From NCBI GenBank assembly GCA_963662545.2, contig CAXXLL010000003.1, positions 1,248,001 to 1,312,000 on the forward strand: 64,000 bases of DNA, in the 5' to 3' direction. The stretch is from Gammaproteobacteria bacterium (GTDB lineage Bacteria; Pseudomonadota; Gammaproteobacteria; Ga0077536). Every line of letters begins with the position of its first letter. The stretch's first letter is position 1. The notes under the pieces are model-generated. The model did not search any database, was not told the DNA's origin, and saw only the letters and a list, made by a program, of their open reading frames with translations. Positions 30,330 to 39,885 of this stretch are shown here, one piece after another. Both the position numbers and the translations under genes were made by a program.

Positions 30330-30393
30330 CTTATTTACCCCTTGGAGCAAGTGAATTTCGTCGACAAGCGACCAACAGGCGGAGGGCAACGCA

Positions 30394-31253
30394 ATGTCGG
30401 ACAAGGACACAGGACGCAACTCAGGCCACGACCAAACCAACGAGATAACACGAGAGGCGGACGGTGACTCTTCTGGCAAGCGCCAGAAAACGTTCAGCCG
30501 CCGCGCGCTGCTGGAAGCGGGCTGGAGCGTACCGCTGATTGCGGCGGTGCATTTCCCGACCGACGCCTACGCCGTGTCGGTCCCGGCCCATGTCGATACC
30601 CCGAACCACAGCGACATCCCGCACGGCGACACCCTGGACCACAGCGACACACCGCACAGCGATGGCTCGTCGCACGAGGACTTTCAGACTTTTCACACTG
30701 ATAGCGGTTTTGAAGAGTTCCATGAAGATCATGCCGATGGTAGCGGTCCTCATAACGACGCCTTTATTCACAGCGACAACGATCCGGTTCACGGAGATAG
30801 CACCAGTCCCCACCAAGACACACCTAGTACTCACGGTGACACCACTGATCACTTTGATGGTATTCCCCACAATGACATACGCCCCCACGAAGACGAAGCC
30901 CACCAGGACTTCACCTTTGGCAATGAGCACGCAGATAGTAACCTCCACAATGACAGACGCCCCCACGTAGACGAATCGCCCCACGTGGACGAAGTATTTT
31001 CCAACGCCCACGAGGACACTGGAACCCCACACACCGATGTTGGAGGTCACGGGGATACGACCGAGCCGCATGTCGACTCTCCGCACGCCGATGGACCCAA
31101 CGAGCATTTCGACGAATCTATCCCCCATAATGATGAACCGCATAGTGATGGGGGGGTGTTTCTCCCCCCCCCGGCTCACCTGGTCACGGCGACGCCAGTC
31201 CACATGATGACCTGCCTCACGCCGATGAGCAGGTTCATGGGGACGGGCCGTAG
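30394..31253 (+). CDS. His-x-Asp repeat protein with Tat-like leader; frameshift in the G7/C9 tract at 31150-31172
   Basis: SRRALLEAGWSVPLI leader, 30 HxD motifs in frame and 4 more in the shifted frame ending at TAG 31251-31253; GGAGG RBS. Confidence 0.8.
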
Positions 31254-31464
31254 GGGCGCGGCGCATGTCGGAGGCTGCTCCGCGGTCCCGGTTCCTTTCG
31301 GCGGCACTCACAGGATTGCGATTTCAAAGGCGTAAAGCTGTATAAATGAAACGACATCGCTGGCGACATGGAAGCCGCATTGGCGGGGTTCTTTTTGGTA
31401 CGCCACGTCCGCAGTTGGCCGGTTGCTGCCGAAATCGTCACCTCGAAGTTTGGCCGGATTGCCT

Positions 31465-31565
31465 TCGATAGCGGACATCAATTCACGTGGCGGAACTGTC
31501 CGAGCAAGTCTGAACTCCGCGTATAGTCTGTCAGAACGAGTCTGAGTTTTTGCAAATAATGCGAG
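31465..31565 (+). repeat. Unrecognised dispersed repeat (copy 3 of 3, shorter)
   Basis: GGCGGAACTGTC...TCTGTCAGAACGAGTCTGAGTTTTTGCA matches 16010-16076. Confidence 0.65.
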
Positions 31566-31659
31566 ATCCGGTGATTGCCGGTAAGGTGTCTCCTAAATCT
31601 TCTGGAGAACATCGATGCCCGGGCAATGGATTCCAATAAAGCTTCATGAAAACGCGTTA

Positions 31660-33429
31660 ATGCCCGCGCTGCTTTGCGCGCTGTCGTTGCTGACATACAG
31701 TGCAGCCGCCGTCGATGACACCCGCCTGCTCGGTGCGCACGCGGATCACGACAACTGGCTGACCTACGGGCACGGTTATGCAAACCAGCGCTACAGCGCG
31801 CTCGATCAAATCGATGCCGGAAACGTAGCGCGCCTGGTGCCGAAATGGATCTACCAGACCGGCGTCCTCGGCACGTTTCCGACCAGCCCCATTGTTGCGG
31901 ACGGCGTCATGTACCTGAGCACGCCTTACAACCACGTGGTTGCGCTCGATGCCGCGACGGGCAAACAGCAATGGCGTTATACCCATGAGATGGAGACGGA
32001 CAAGCTTTGCTGCGGATCGCACAATCGCGGTATTGCGATCGGCTACGGGCGGCTCTATATGATTACGGCCGACGCCCGCTTGCTGGCACTAGATACCGCC
32101 GATGGCGCGATCGTCTGGGACATTCCTGTCTTAGATCTCGCGACCGGCAACTCTGCCGATCTCAATGCAATCCGGAACCTCGATCCAAGCGCCGAAGAGC
32201 TGGCCAATTCGACGCGGTTTGCCGGCAATATGGCGCCGGTCGTCTACGACGGCAAGGTTTTCGTTGGCGTCAGCGGCGCAGGATACACGGCGATCCTCGG
32301 CGAAGCCGAAGGGGATGGGACCTACCTGCTCGGAAAGCCGGGGATACGGCGCGGGCAGCGCGCCTTTCTGACCGCGTACGACGCGACGAGCGGACGGCTG
32401 GTCTGGCGCTGGTATTCGACGGCAGCGCAAGGCTGGGAAGGAAACTTCGCCGAGCGCACGGCGTTCGGCGATCTCCTGCACCGCGACACCGCGGCCGAGC
32501 GCGTGAACGCGTCGAAGTACCGGGACGCCTGGAAGACCGGAGGCGGATCGATTTACTCCTCTCCGTCCATCGATCCGGAACTGGGTCTTATCTATTTCGG
32601 TACCGGCAACGCGGCGCCGCCCTACGCGCCGCACACGCGACCCGGTGACAACCTGTATACCGCTTCGCTCATTGCGCTTGATATACGAACGGGCGCGCTT
32701 CGTTGGTACCACCAGATAACGCCACACGACATCTGGGGCTACGACGTCGCTGCCCCGCCCGTTTTGTTTGATTTCCAATCTGGCGGCAAAAAGGTGCGCG
32801 CGGTCGCCCAGGCGTCGAAATCAGGGTGGCTTTACGTGTTCGATCGCGCTACCGGTGAGCCGTTCGGCCGCTCGGATCCTTTCGTGCCGCAGAACGAATT
32901 GATGTTTCACCGTCCGACGCGTGAAGGGATTATGGTGGCACCGGGCGCCGCCGGTGGCGCCAACTGGCCACCGACCTCGTACAGCCCGCTCACGCAGTGG
33001 CTGTACGTGTCTGGTACCCACAATCCCACACGCTATGGACTCGAAGACGACAAGGATGGCCGAACGCTGGTCACCCTGGATTTCCCCAAAGACATCGAGC
33101 GGAGTGGAACGTTCAGCGCCATCGACCCCGCTGACGGCGGGATCAAATGGCAGGTGGAGACAGATCTGCCCGTCGTCAGCGGATCGATCGCGACCGGCGG
33201 CGGATTGATCTTCCACGGGGAATCCAACGGCGATTTCGTCGCCCGTGACGCCGGCAGCGGCAAGGCCTTGTGGCATTTCAACACGGGCGCCGGCGTGAAT
33301 GCGCCCCCAGTGACTTATGCAGTGGGCGGACGGCAGTTCGTCGCGGTGGCCGCCGGCGGCCATCGATTGTTCGATTTTCCGCTGGGCGATGCCGTCGTTG
33401 CGTTCGGTTTACCCGATTCGGAGGATTGA
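31660..33429 (+). CDS. PQQ-dependent dehydrogenase-like beta-propeller (alcohol dehydrogenase type)
   Basis: Signal peptide, NWLTYG, QRYSALDQI, vicinal CC (KLCCGSHNRG), GDNLYT, HDIWGYD, GGANW; start uncertain (31615-31660). Confidence 0.88.
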   Translation: MPALLCALSLLTYSAAAVDDTRLLGAHADHDNWLTYGHGYANQRYSALDQIDAGNVARLVPKWIYQTGVLGTFPTSPIVADGVMYLSTPYNHVVALDAATGKQQWRYTHEMETDKLCCGSHNRGIAIGYGRLYMITADARLLALDTADGAIVWDIPVLDLATGNSADLNAIRNLDPSAEELANSTRFAGNMAPVVYDGKVFVGVSGAGYTAILGEAEGDGTYLLGKPGIRRGQRAFLTAYDATSGRLVWRWYSTAAQGWEGNFAERTAFGDLLHRDTAAERVNASKYRDAWKTGGGSIYSSPSIDPELGLIYFGTGNAAPPYAPHTRPGDNLYTASLIALDIRTGALRWYHQITPHDIWGYDVAAPPVLFDFQSGGKKVRAVAQASKSGWLYVFDRATGEPFGRSDPFVPQNELMFHRPTREGIMVAPGAAGGANWPPTSYSPLTQWLYVSGTHNPTRYGLEDDKDGRTLVTLDFPKDIERSGTFSAIDPADGGIKWQVETDLPVVSGSIATGGGLIFHGESNGDFVARDAGSGKALWHFNTGAGVNAPPVTYAVGGRQFVAVAAGGHRLFDFPLGDAVVAFGLPDSED

Positions 33430-33441
33430 ATACTTAGAACC

Positions 33442-34287
33442 TCAGCGCGCGGATCCGATGCCGCAGAAAAAACCTTGGCTGGCCCAGCGCTCGAACCATT
33501 TGCCGACGGCATCGACAAGAATATCGGCGTCCACTCCGGGTACCGCGGCAGCGGCCTCGACGGCTTCACCAAGCGACAAGGCCTGATTCAGACCGCACAA
33601 CAGCTCAAACTGCGCAAGCGATAGATCGGTGCGCCACACGCGGTAGTCAATACGATAAACCGCCACATGCGTCGCCTTGGGAGCGGGAATGTCCGAGTGT
33701 CGGTCTTCTCGCACTGCGCTGATGTAGTCGTTTACCGGATAATCGAGCCGTAACAGGCGTAAAGCTGGCGTCAATTGTAGTTGCATGCGATTCCAGCTTT
33801 CGCTCGGGATTGCCTTGAGCTTTTCGATGGAGATCCGATCGACACGCCGCTCGTCGAAGACGTCCTGTATGGCGCGTTCCACGACCGCGACAGCGCCGAC
33901 AAATTCGCGGTGCGGCATATCTTGCGCTTCTGCTGCCAGATACTGCGGGAACTGCTTCCCGAGCGCGTTGAGATTAGGGTAGGTCGAAGGATGTCGGGTC
34001 AGATAGTCTTTCGCGGTTTTCTCGAAAAGATCGGGTCCAAAAATGTGTCGAACCGTCGGAAAATCATCTTCCATGACTTCGATCAGGCGCGGGAAATACA
34101 TGTTCGCGTAGATCGAGATCCGCTCGAGTGCAGACAGATCTCTCGACGGCAGCACGACTTCGTCGAGCGACGCCTTCTCGAGTGGGAGTAAAGCTTGCGC
34201 ACTATCGGATTGAAGGCCTATTTCGACGCCCTGCGGATGCATGACGAGCGTTTGCATCCACCGTTCGATCTGCTCGACCTTACGCAT
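33442..34287 (-). CDS. DUF2063/BufC-HvfC-like MNIO partner protein
   Basis: ERISIYANMYFPRL...DFP, YLTRHPS, LNALG..FP; overlaps the DUF692 stop by 8 bp. Confidence 0.85.
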   Translation of the reverse strand: MRKVEQIERWMQTLVMHPQGVEIGLQSDSAQALLPLEKASLDEVVLPSRDLSALERISIYANMYFPRLIEVMEDDFPTVRHIFGPDLFEKTAKDYLTRHPSTYPNLNALGKQFPQYLAAEAQDMPHREFVGAVAVVERAIQDVFDERRVDRISIEKLKAIPSESWNRMQLQLTPALRLLRLDYPVNDYISAVREDRHSDIPAPKATHVAVYRIDYRVWRTDLSLAQFELLCGLNQALSLGEAVEAAAAVPGVDADILVDAVGKWFERWASQGFFCGIGSAR

Positions 34288-35122
34288 AGGCGGTCTCGAC
34301 CGTGTTGCGGAATTTAGCCGCTTTGAGCGCTTCGGTGTGCACTTCTTCGAAGGGCGGGATCTTGGCGTCCCATTCGAGCAGGGTCGCCGTGGCGCCTGCG
34401 CGCTTGAGCGCGTCGAGATAGAGATCCCATACGGGCTCGATGACGCGCCCGTCGTGGGTATCGATGCAATGCGTACCCTTGTCGGTGTGTCCCGCCAGGT
34501 GGATCTGAACCACGCGGTCGTAGGGGATGCCTTCGAGATATTCCCGCGGATCAAGATTGTGGTTGCGACAGGTGACGTAGACATTGTTTACGTCGAGCAA
34601 CAGTCCACAGTCCGCATTTTCTGACATGCGGGCCAGGAATACTTGCTCGGGCATGGTCGAACTCGCGAAAGTAAGATAAGTAGAAGGGTTTTCCAGTATC
34701 AGTGGACGTTCCAGGAAATCCTGAACGATACGGATCCGTTCAACCAGAAACTCAAGCGTCTCTTCGTTGTACGGGATCGGATACAGATCGTGACCATTGA
34801 GTCCCGCCACACCCGTCCAACACACATGGTCACCGAGCCAGACTGCATCGACACGTTCGGCTAAGGATTTGAGTTTTCGGAGATAATCGAAATCGACCGG
34901 ATCGGTACTGCCTATGGACATCGAGACGCCGTGCATAACGATCGGATAGCGCTCAGCGACCTGGTCGAGGACGTACAGCGGACGCCCCTCGGTGTCCATG
35001 AAGTTTTCGGAAACGATCTCGAACCAGTCGACCGCCGGCCAGTTCTCGAGAATATGGCCGAAGTGGTCCTTCCGCAGCCCGACGCCAATACCAAGGTCAG
35101 GAAATTTCCAGCGATTCGCCAT
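34280..35122 (-). CDS. DUF692 multinuclear non-heme iron oxidative enzyme (MNIO)
   Basis: GVGLR..H, WFEIVSENF, HGVSMSIG, DHVCW, LENPSTY, LLDVNNVY, HLAGH, IDTH, LLEWD. Confidence 0.95.
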   Translation of the reverse strand: MANRWKFPDLGIGVGLRKDHFGHILENWPAVDWFEIVSENFMDTEGRPLYVLDQVAERYPIVMHGVSMSIGSTDPVDFDYLRKLKSLAERVDAVWLGDHVCWTGVAGLNGHDLYPIPYNEETLEFLVERIRIVQDFLERPLILENPSTYLTFASSTMPEQVFLARMSENADCGLLLDVNNVYVTCRNHNLDPREYLEGIPYDRVVQIHLAGHTDKGTHCIDTHDGRVIEPVWDLYLDALKRAGATATLLEWDAKIPPFEEVHTEALKAAKFRNTVETAYA

Positions 35123-35289
35123 CTGCTCACATCTTTTGAAGTCGATCGCAACCGCCGATCACTATTCGGGTCTCATAGCGTCACACAAGAGCTGCCAAGC
35201 AAGGCGTGCCCTGGCACGGTCGCGTCTCAAAAACAACGCCTCGCGCGAGAGGATCGGGAACGGCCTCCGCCGATCCTCCCGGTTGGGTA

Positions 35290-35667
35290 TTACGCGGGTT
35301 CCATGTGTGAGCTTGGAACTGGAACCTCGCAGCCGCCGTGACCCTTGCAAGAATTCTTGCCGGCGCAGCCGTTGTCTCCACCCTTACAGCCGCCCATGCC
35401 CTTGCAGTCGTTTTTGCCCCCACAGTCGTGTTTGGCAACCGTTGCGCAGCCGCCGTGGCTCTTGCAGGAATTCTTACCGGCGCAGGAGTTATCGCCGCTT
35501 TCGCAGCCGCCCTGACCCTTACAGTCGTTCCTGCCTGCACAGACGTGGTCGGTGCCTTCGGCATAAGCGCCGAGTAACAGTGGGGTTCTTTGTTGTGCTC
35601 CAGCCAGAATTCCGCCGACCGAAGCGACGAGCAGCTTATTAAAATCCCGTCTTTTTAACTTCATCAC
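35290..35667 (-). CDS. Cys-rich RiPP precursor (BufA2-like repeats) with Tat signal
   Basis: KLKRRDFNK leader; four C[AG]G[RK]N[DS]CK[GS]xGGC repeats; directly upstream of DUF692; AGGAGAG RBS. Confidence 0.85.
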   Translation of the reverse strand: MMKLKRRDFNKLLVASVGGILAGAQQRTPLLLGAYAEGTDHVCAGRNDCKGQGGCESGDNSCAGKNSCKSHGGCATVAKHDCGGKNDCKGMGGCKGGDNGCAGKNSCKGHGGCEVPVPSSHMEPA

Positions 35668-36076
35668 ACTCTCCTAATCATCATGATTAGCATCGCCGCC
35701 GCACGAAATTATTTGGCGACGACGCGAAAATAAGTCCTGCCGTCCGTCGGAAAGCGCTATTCCGCTCTCCCTGACATACCAACTCAGTATATGCCAAAAA
35801 GCGAAGTAGCGAATTCGAATGGACCCCCTTTGCACTCGCCGGTTGTTTCAACTTCCAGCCCACCTTCGACACCAAAGGCATAGAGTGGCAAGCTGGCCAA
35901 AGCCCTCCGCGTAACAGGAATATCCGACTCCGGTTTCGTGGGTGAAGTGCAGCGTAGCGAAAGAACTGCAACAACGGTGATGGGGTTGATTTGTTCTATT
36001 ATTGGAGGATGCCGAGAACCTAAGGTTCCGTTGGTTTATTCGAGTTCAGTCCGCTGTTTAAACCGGAGAGAGAGAT

Positions 36077-36904
36077 ATGGCTGAAATCAATAAGATATTC
36101 ACCGTAATTGATCCTACAACGAAGAATCAGCGGGCCTTGAATCGCGCCGTACTCGGCGCGAAGAGCACGGGCGCGCGCATCCACGCCTATCTCTGTATTG
36201 CCTCCAACATGGACGCAGATCATTTCCAGGACTTTATCGAAGCCGAAACATCGAAGTATCAGGCATGGATCGAAGAGCTCGTCAAACCAATCAGGGCTGA
36301 CGGTATTGACATAGACGTTGAGATTGAACGGCACGATGACTGGCGCAGTGCGATGGGCCCGGCCGCGACGCGCTCCGGATGCGATTTGATCATCAAGAAC
36401 GCGCACCAGCGATCGGAATCGAAGACAACATCGCTGTCGTCCTCGGACTGGAGTCTGTTCCGCAGCGCACCTTGCCCTGTAATGATTGCCAAATCAGAGC
36501 GCTCCAGTGGCTCTGGAAACGTCCTGTTGGCGATCGATCCCATGAAAGAGAATAGCGCTTACGAAAAAGTTATTGACGAAAGCTTGGGATTCGCGCGTGT
36601 TGCGGTCGCATCTTATAGAGAGGGCACTTTGCATGTGTTGAGCGCATACGAAGGTTCAGACGTCAAAGTGAGTGCGGAGAATTTGGCGGAACGAACCGGT
36701 TTGGAAACGGCGCACGTCCACGTGACCGGTGATCGGGTGGAAGAGGCGATCGAAAAATGCGCCACTGAAATTGACGCGGAGTTGATCGTGATCGGTGTTG
36801 CGGAATCGCCAAGACTTTCTGGCGTATTGTTTGGAACGACTACCGAATGGCTTTTGAATCATCTGGACAGAGACGTCATGGTGGTGATACCTCAGAACGC
36901 GTGA
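36077..36904 (+). CDS. Universal stress protein, tandem domains (UspE-like)
   Basis: VIDPT...ALNRA, SDWSLFRSAPCPV, LFGTTTEWLL. Confidence 0.88.
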   Translation: MAEINKIFTVIDPTTKNQRALNRAVLGAKSTGARIHAYLCIASNMDADHFQDFIEAETSKYQAWIEELVKPIRADGIDIDVEIERHDDWRSAMGPAATRSGCDLIIKNAHQRSESKTTSLSSSDWSLFRSAPCPVMIAKSERSSGSGNVLLAIDPMKENSAYEKVIDESLGFARVAVASYREGTLHVLSAYEGSDVKVSAENLAERTGLETAHVHVTGDRVEEAIEKCATEIDAELIVIGVAESPRLSGVLFGTTTEWLLNHLDRDVMVVIPQNA

Positions 36905-37096
36905 CGATGGCGCTAGCGCGTGTTCTGTCTAACGGTATTTGAGCTCAATTCTGGACGATTGCCTGCATCTGTACGCGGGATCGCAAGCGCGGCGTGGAGA
37001 AACCCACGTTAGAGTGTGCATTAACGATAGAATTGAACGGACTTGCCCATCCCGAGTTCGCGGATGTTCCGAAACCTAGCCGCCAGGATCTAAACC

Positions 37097-37939
37097 ATGC
37101 CAGCCACGATCGAATTGACTGATATCCGTCTCGACTACGTTGCGATTGCCGAGGCGCATACGCTGCCTGGTTTACGCCTGATACTCGGCGCCTATGCCAT
37201 ACCTGGACCGTGGCGCGAGGCTTGTAAGGGTTTGTTCTACGTCAAGGGGATCCCGTACACCCCAGTGGTGACCGCCGACACGCAAGCTTCCGATCTTCAG
37301 TTTGGCATGGAGGATAGCGCTCGTGAATTACGCGAATGGACCAGCCAGGCCAGTGCCCCGGTGGCGATCTGGAACGACGAGCGCCCACGCGTGAGTTGGA
37401 TCGACCAGATCCATCTCGCCGATCGCATCGCTGCGGAGCCGCCCTTGGTGCCGACCGAAATAGCCGATCGGGTGCTGATGTTTGGGCTAATAAACGAGCT
37501 TGCCGGAGAACACGGCCTCGGTTGGACCAAGCGCCTGGCGATCGTCGACGACGGCCTGAAGGCGCTTCCCGAGGGCGCGGAAGGGCGCGCTTTTTTCGAG
37601 CATCTTGCGGTGAAATACGATCACAACGAAGCCGAAGCCGCCGTTGCGCCCGCGCGCATGACCGCGATCATCGGCAACATTGGCCGCCAGCTCGCGAGCC
37701 AGGCCGAGCAAGGACGCCGCTTCCTCATCGGCGATCGCCTGAGCGCGCTCGATATCTATTGGTCGACCTTTGCCGGGCTGTTCGATCCACTGCCGCCGGA
37801 ACAGTGCCCGATGGGCACCGCCTTTCGCGACTTCTATCGCAACCCCCATACGGAAACACAGAAAGTACTGAGTACCGACCTGCTTCAGCACCGCGACTTC
37901 ATCTATCGCGAGTATCTCGAATTGCCGATCGTTTTTTGA
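37097..37939 (+). CDS. GST-fold hypothetical protein
   Basis: PGPWREACKGLFYVKGIPY, SAPVAIWNDERPR, FLIGDRLSALDIYW. Confidence 0.65.
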   Translation: MPATIELTDIRLDYVAIAEAHTLPGLRLILGAYAIPGPWREACKGLFYVKGIPYTPVVTADTQASDLQFGMEDSARELREWTSQASAPVAIWNDERPRVSWIDQIHLADRIAAEPPLVPTEIADRVLMFGLINELAGEHGLGWTKRLAIVDDGLKALPEGAEGRAFFEHLAVKYDHNEAEAAVAPARMTAIIGNIGRQLASQAEQGRRFLIGDRLSALDIYWSTFAGLFDPLPPEQCPMGTAFRDFYRNPHTETQKVLSTDLLQHRDFIYREYLELPIVF

Positions 37940-38119
37940 GCTTGCTGCGCGCTTGGCTGATCCCGGCCTGCTTCGCCGGACGCCAATCACCGTTTACGGA
38001 ATAGTTGTTGCTAAGGGCGAAGCTCGACGGCGTAACTCCGGACGCATATTTTTAGAAAATAAATGCGCCCTTTTGTCCGCGCCGGTCACTGCCTAGAAAG
38101 TCCTTCCGCGGGTCAGCGC

Positions 38120-38728
38120 TTACGTCTGGATTCCGATCTGGAAAGCTGGCCGGGCTTCGAGACGATTCACGTAGACGTCCAACGCCGTCATCTCGCCGGT
38201 GAAACACCCCAAGCGCCGACTCATGAAGCATGCATGTCCGAGCATGATGTCCGCGCCGGAGAAGTCTCCGATCAGGTATTCCCGCCGCTCGACCGCTTTG
38301 TCAACCGGCGCCAGCGCCTTGGTCAGCAAACGTTGCGCCTGGCCCAACACCTCTGCGTTTCTGCGATCCTCGGGAAGGAGCTTGGTTTGCACCACGATCG
38401 TGTTCACCGGCGGCATGACCATGCCCTCACAGTAGTGGAACCACTGCAGGTATGCGGGGAACTCCGGTGTGTTCACGTTGGGCTTCAGGGCGCCGTCCGT
38501 GTGCCGTGCAATGATGTAATCGACGATGGCGCCGGATTCGTAGAGCATCACTTCGCCGTCCTCTAATACCGGTACGCGGCCCAGCGGATGGCGCGCGCGG
38601 TGTTCATCTGATTTCAACTCTTTCGGGTGAAAGGCCATCTTGTTGAGCTCGTACTCCAGCCCGACCTCTTCCAACAACCAGACGATACGGCCCGCGCGTG
38701 AGTTGGGTGCGTGATGCAGTTTCAACAT
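38120..38728 (-). CDS. Glutathione S-transferase
   Basis: SRAGRIVWLLEE, HPLGRVPVL, ESGAI, FSGADIM. Confidence 0.92.
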   Translation of the reverse strand: MLKLHHAPNSRAGRIVWLLEEVGLEYELNKMAFHPKELKSDEHRARHPLGRVPVLEDGEVMLYESGAIVDYIIARHTDGALKPNVNTPEFPAYLQWFHYCEGMVMPPVNTIVVQTKLLPEDRRNAEVLGQAQRLLTKALAPVDKAVERREYLIGDFSGADIMLGHACFMSRRLGCFTGEMTALDVYVNRLEARPAFQIGIQT

Positions 38729-38854
38729 GTCTAATTTACTCCCGACCGCGGTGATCGCCTTTATTGGAAATAATTTTCATTAAAAAAGCGTTTCCGCGGA
38801 AACACTGCGAACCTCGATGATAAGGGGAATGAGCCCGGGCGGTTTGGAAACCCT

Positions 38855-39862
38855 TTAGCCGCCGACTCGGGACATCTCCACCTTATCGAGGCCGATGGTC
38901 GCGGTGCTGCGGATCTCGGAGTAGCGGTCTGCGCGGCGGCGCCAAATGGCGCGCACAAACGCTGCGATATCGGCGTCCGAGGCTCCGCTTCGCAGCAGGC
39001 TGCGCAAATCGTGGCCGCGGGTGGCAAACAAACAGGTGAAGAGCTGCCCGTCGGCCGTGAGCCGCAGGCGGGTACAATCGCCGCAGAAGGCTTGTGTGAC
39101 CGACGCGATGATGCCGAATTCCCCTGCCCCGTCCCGATAGCGGTAGCGCCTGGCTACCTCCCCGCGGTAGTTAGCCTGTAACGGTTCCACCGGCCATTGC
39201 GACTCGATCATGGCCAGGATCTCGGCTGCGCTGACCACGTCCGCCGTGCGCCAGCCATTGCTGTGCCCCACGTCCATGTATTCGATGAACCGCAGGACAT
39301 GACCGGTGTAGCGGAAGTGTTGGGCCAGCTCGGCAACGCAGTGCTCATTCATGCCGCGCTTGACGACCATATTGACCTTGACCGGCGTCAGCCCGCACGC
39401 GGAAGCGGCCTCGATACCTTCGAGCACACGCGCGACGGGAACGGCAACGTCGTTCATCGCTTGGAAGGTATCGTCATCGAGTGCATCGAGGCTCACGGTG
39501 ACTCGCTGCAGTCCGGCATCCTTGAGGCTACGGGCTTTGCCGGCGAGCAGCGAACCGTTCGTGGTGAGCGTGAGATCGCGCACACCACCGAGCGGCGCCA
39601 GCATCTCGATGAGCCGCTCAAGGTCCCGGCGAAGCAGGGGTTCGCCGCCAGTGATGCGGATCTTCTCGACACCCTGGTCGACGAAGATGCACACCAGCTG
39701 GCGGATCTCATCGAAACTCAGCAACTCGGCGTGAGGCAGGAAGGCCCAATCACGCCCGAAGACCTCTTTCGGCATGCAGTACGGACAACGGAAATTGCAG
39801 CGATCGGTCACCGAGATCCGCAGATCGCGCAACGGACGTTGCAGCGTATCGGTAACGGTCAT
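38855..39862 (-). CDS. moaA: GTP 3',8-cyclase (molybdenum cofactor biosynthesis)
   Basis: [38 protein letters not shown]...C, C-terminal MSRVGG. Confidence 0.97.
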   Translation of the reverse strand: MTVTDTLQRPLRDLRISVTDRCNFRCPYCMPKEVFGRDWAFLPHAELLSFDEIRQLVCIFVDQGVEKIRITGGEPLLRRDLERLIEMLAPLGGVRDLTLTTNGSLLAGKARSLKDAGLQRVTVSLDALDDDTFQAMNDVAVPVARVLEGIEAASACGLTPVKVNMVVKRGMNEHCVAELAQHFRYTGHVLRFIEYMDVGHSNGWRTADVVSAAEILAMIESQWPVEPLQANYRGEVARRYRYRDGAGEFGIIASVTQAFCGDCTRLRLTADGQLFTCLFATRGHDLRSLLRSGASDADIAAFVRAIWRRRADRYSEIRSTATIGLDKVEMSRVGG

Positions 39863-39885
39863 GGCTTGCTTAGGTGATCCGGGTA

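Noticed and set aside
30421-31311. 296-aa antisense ORF over the HxD gene
   Set aside because: Val/Met-rich shadow of repeated CAC/GAC codons; the plus-strand gene has the RBS, leader and motif.
31254-31335. C-terminal extension of ORF 30394-31335
   Set aside because: It loses the HxD pattern after the homopolymer; the alternative frame ending at 31253 keeps it.
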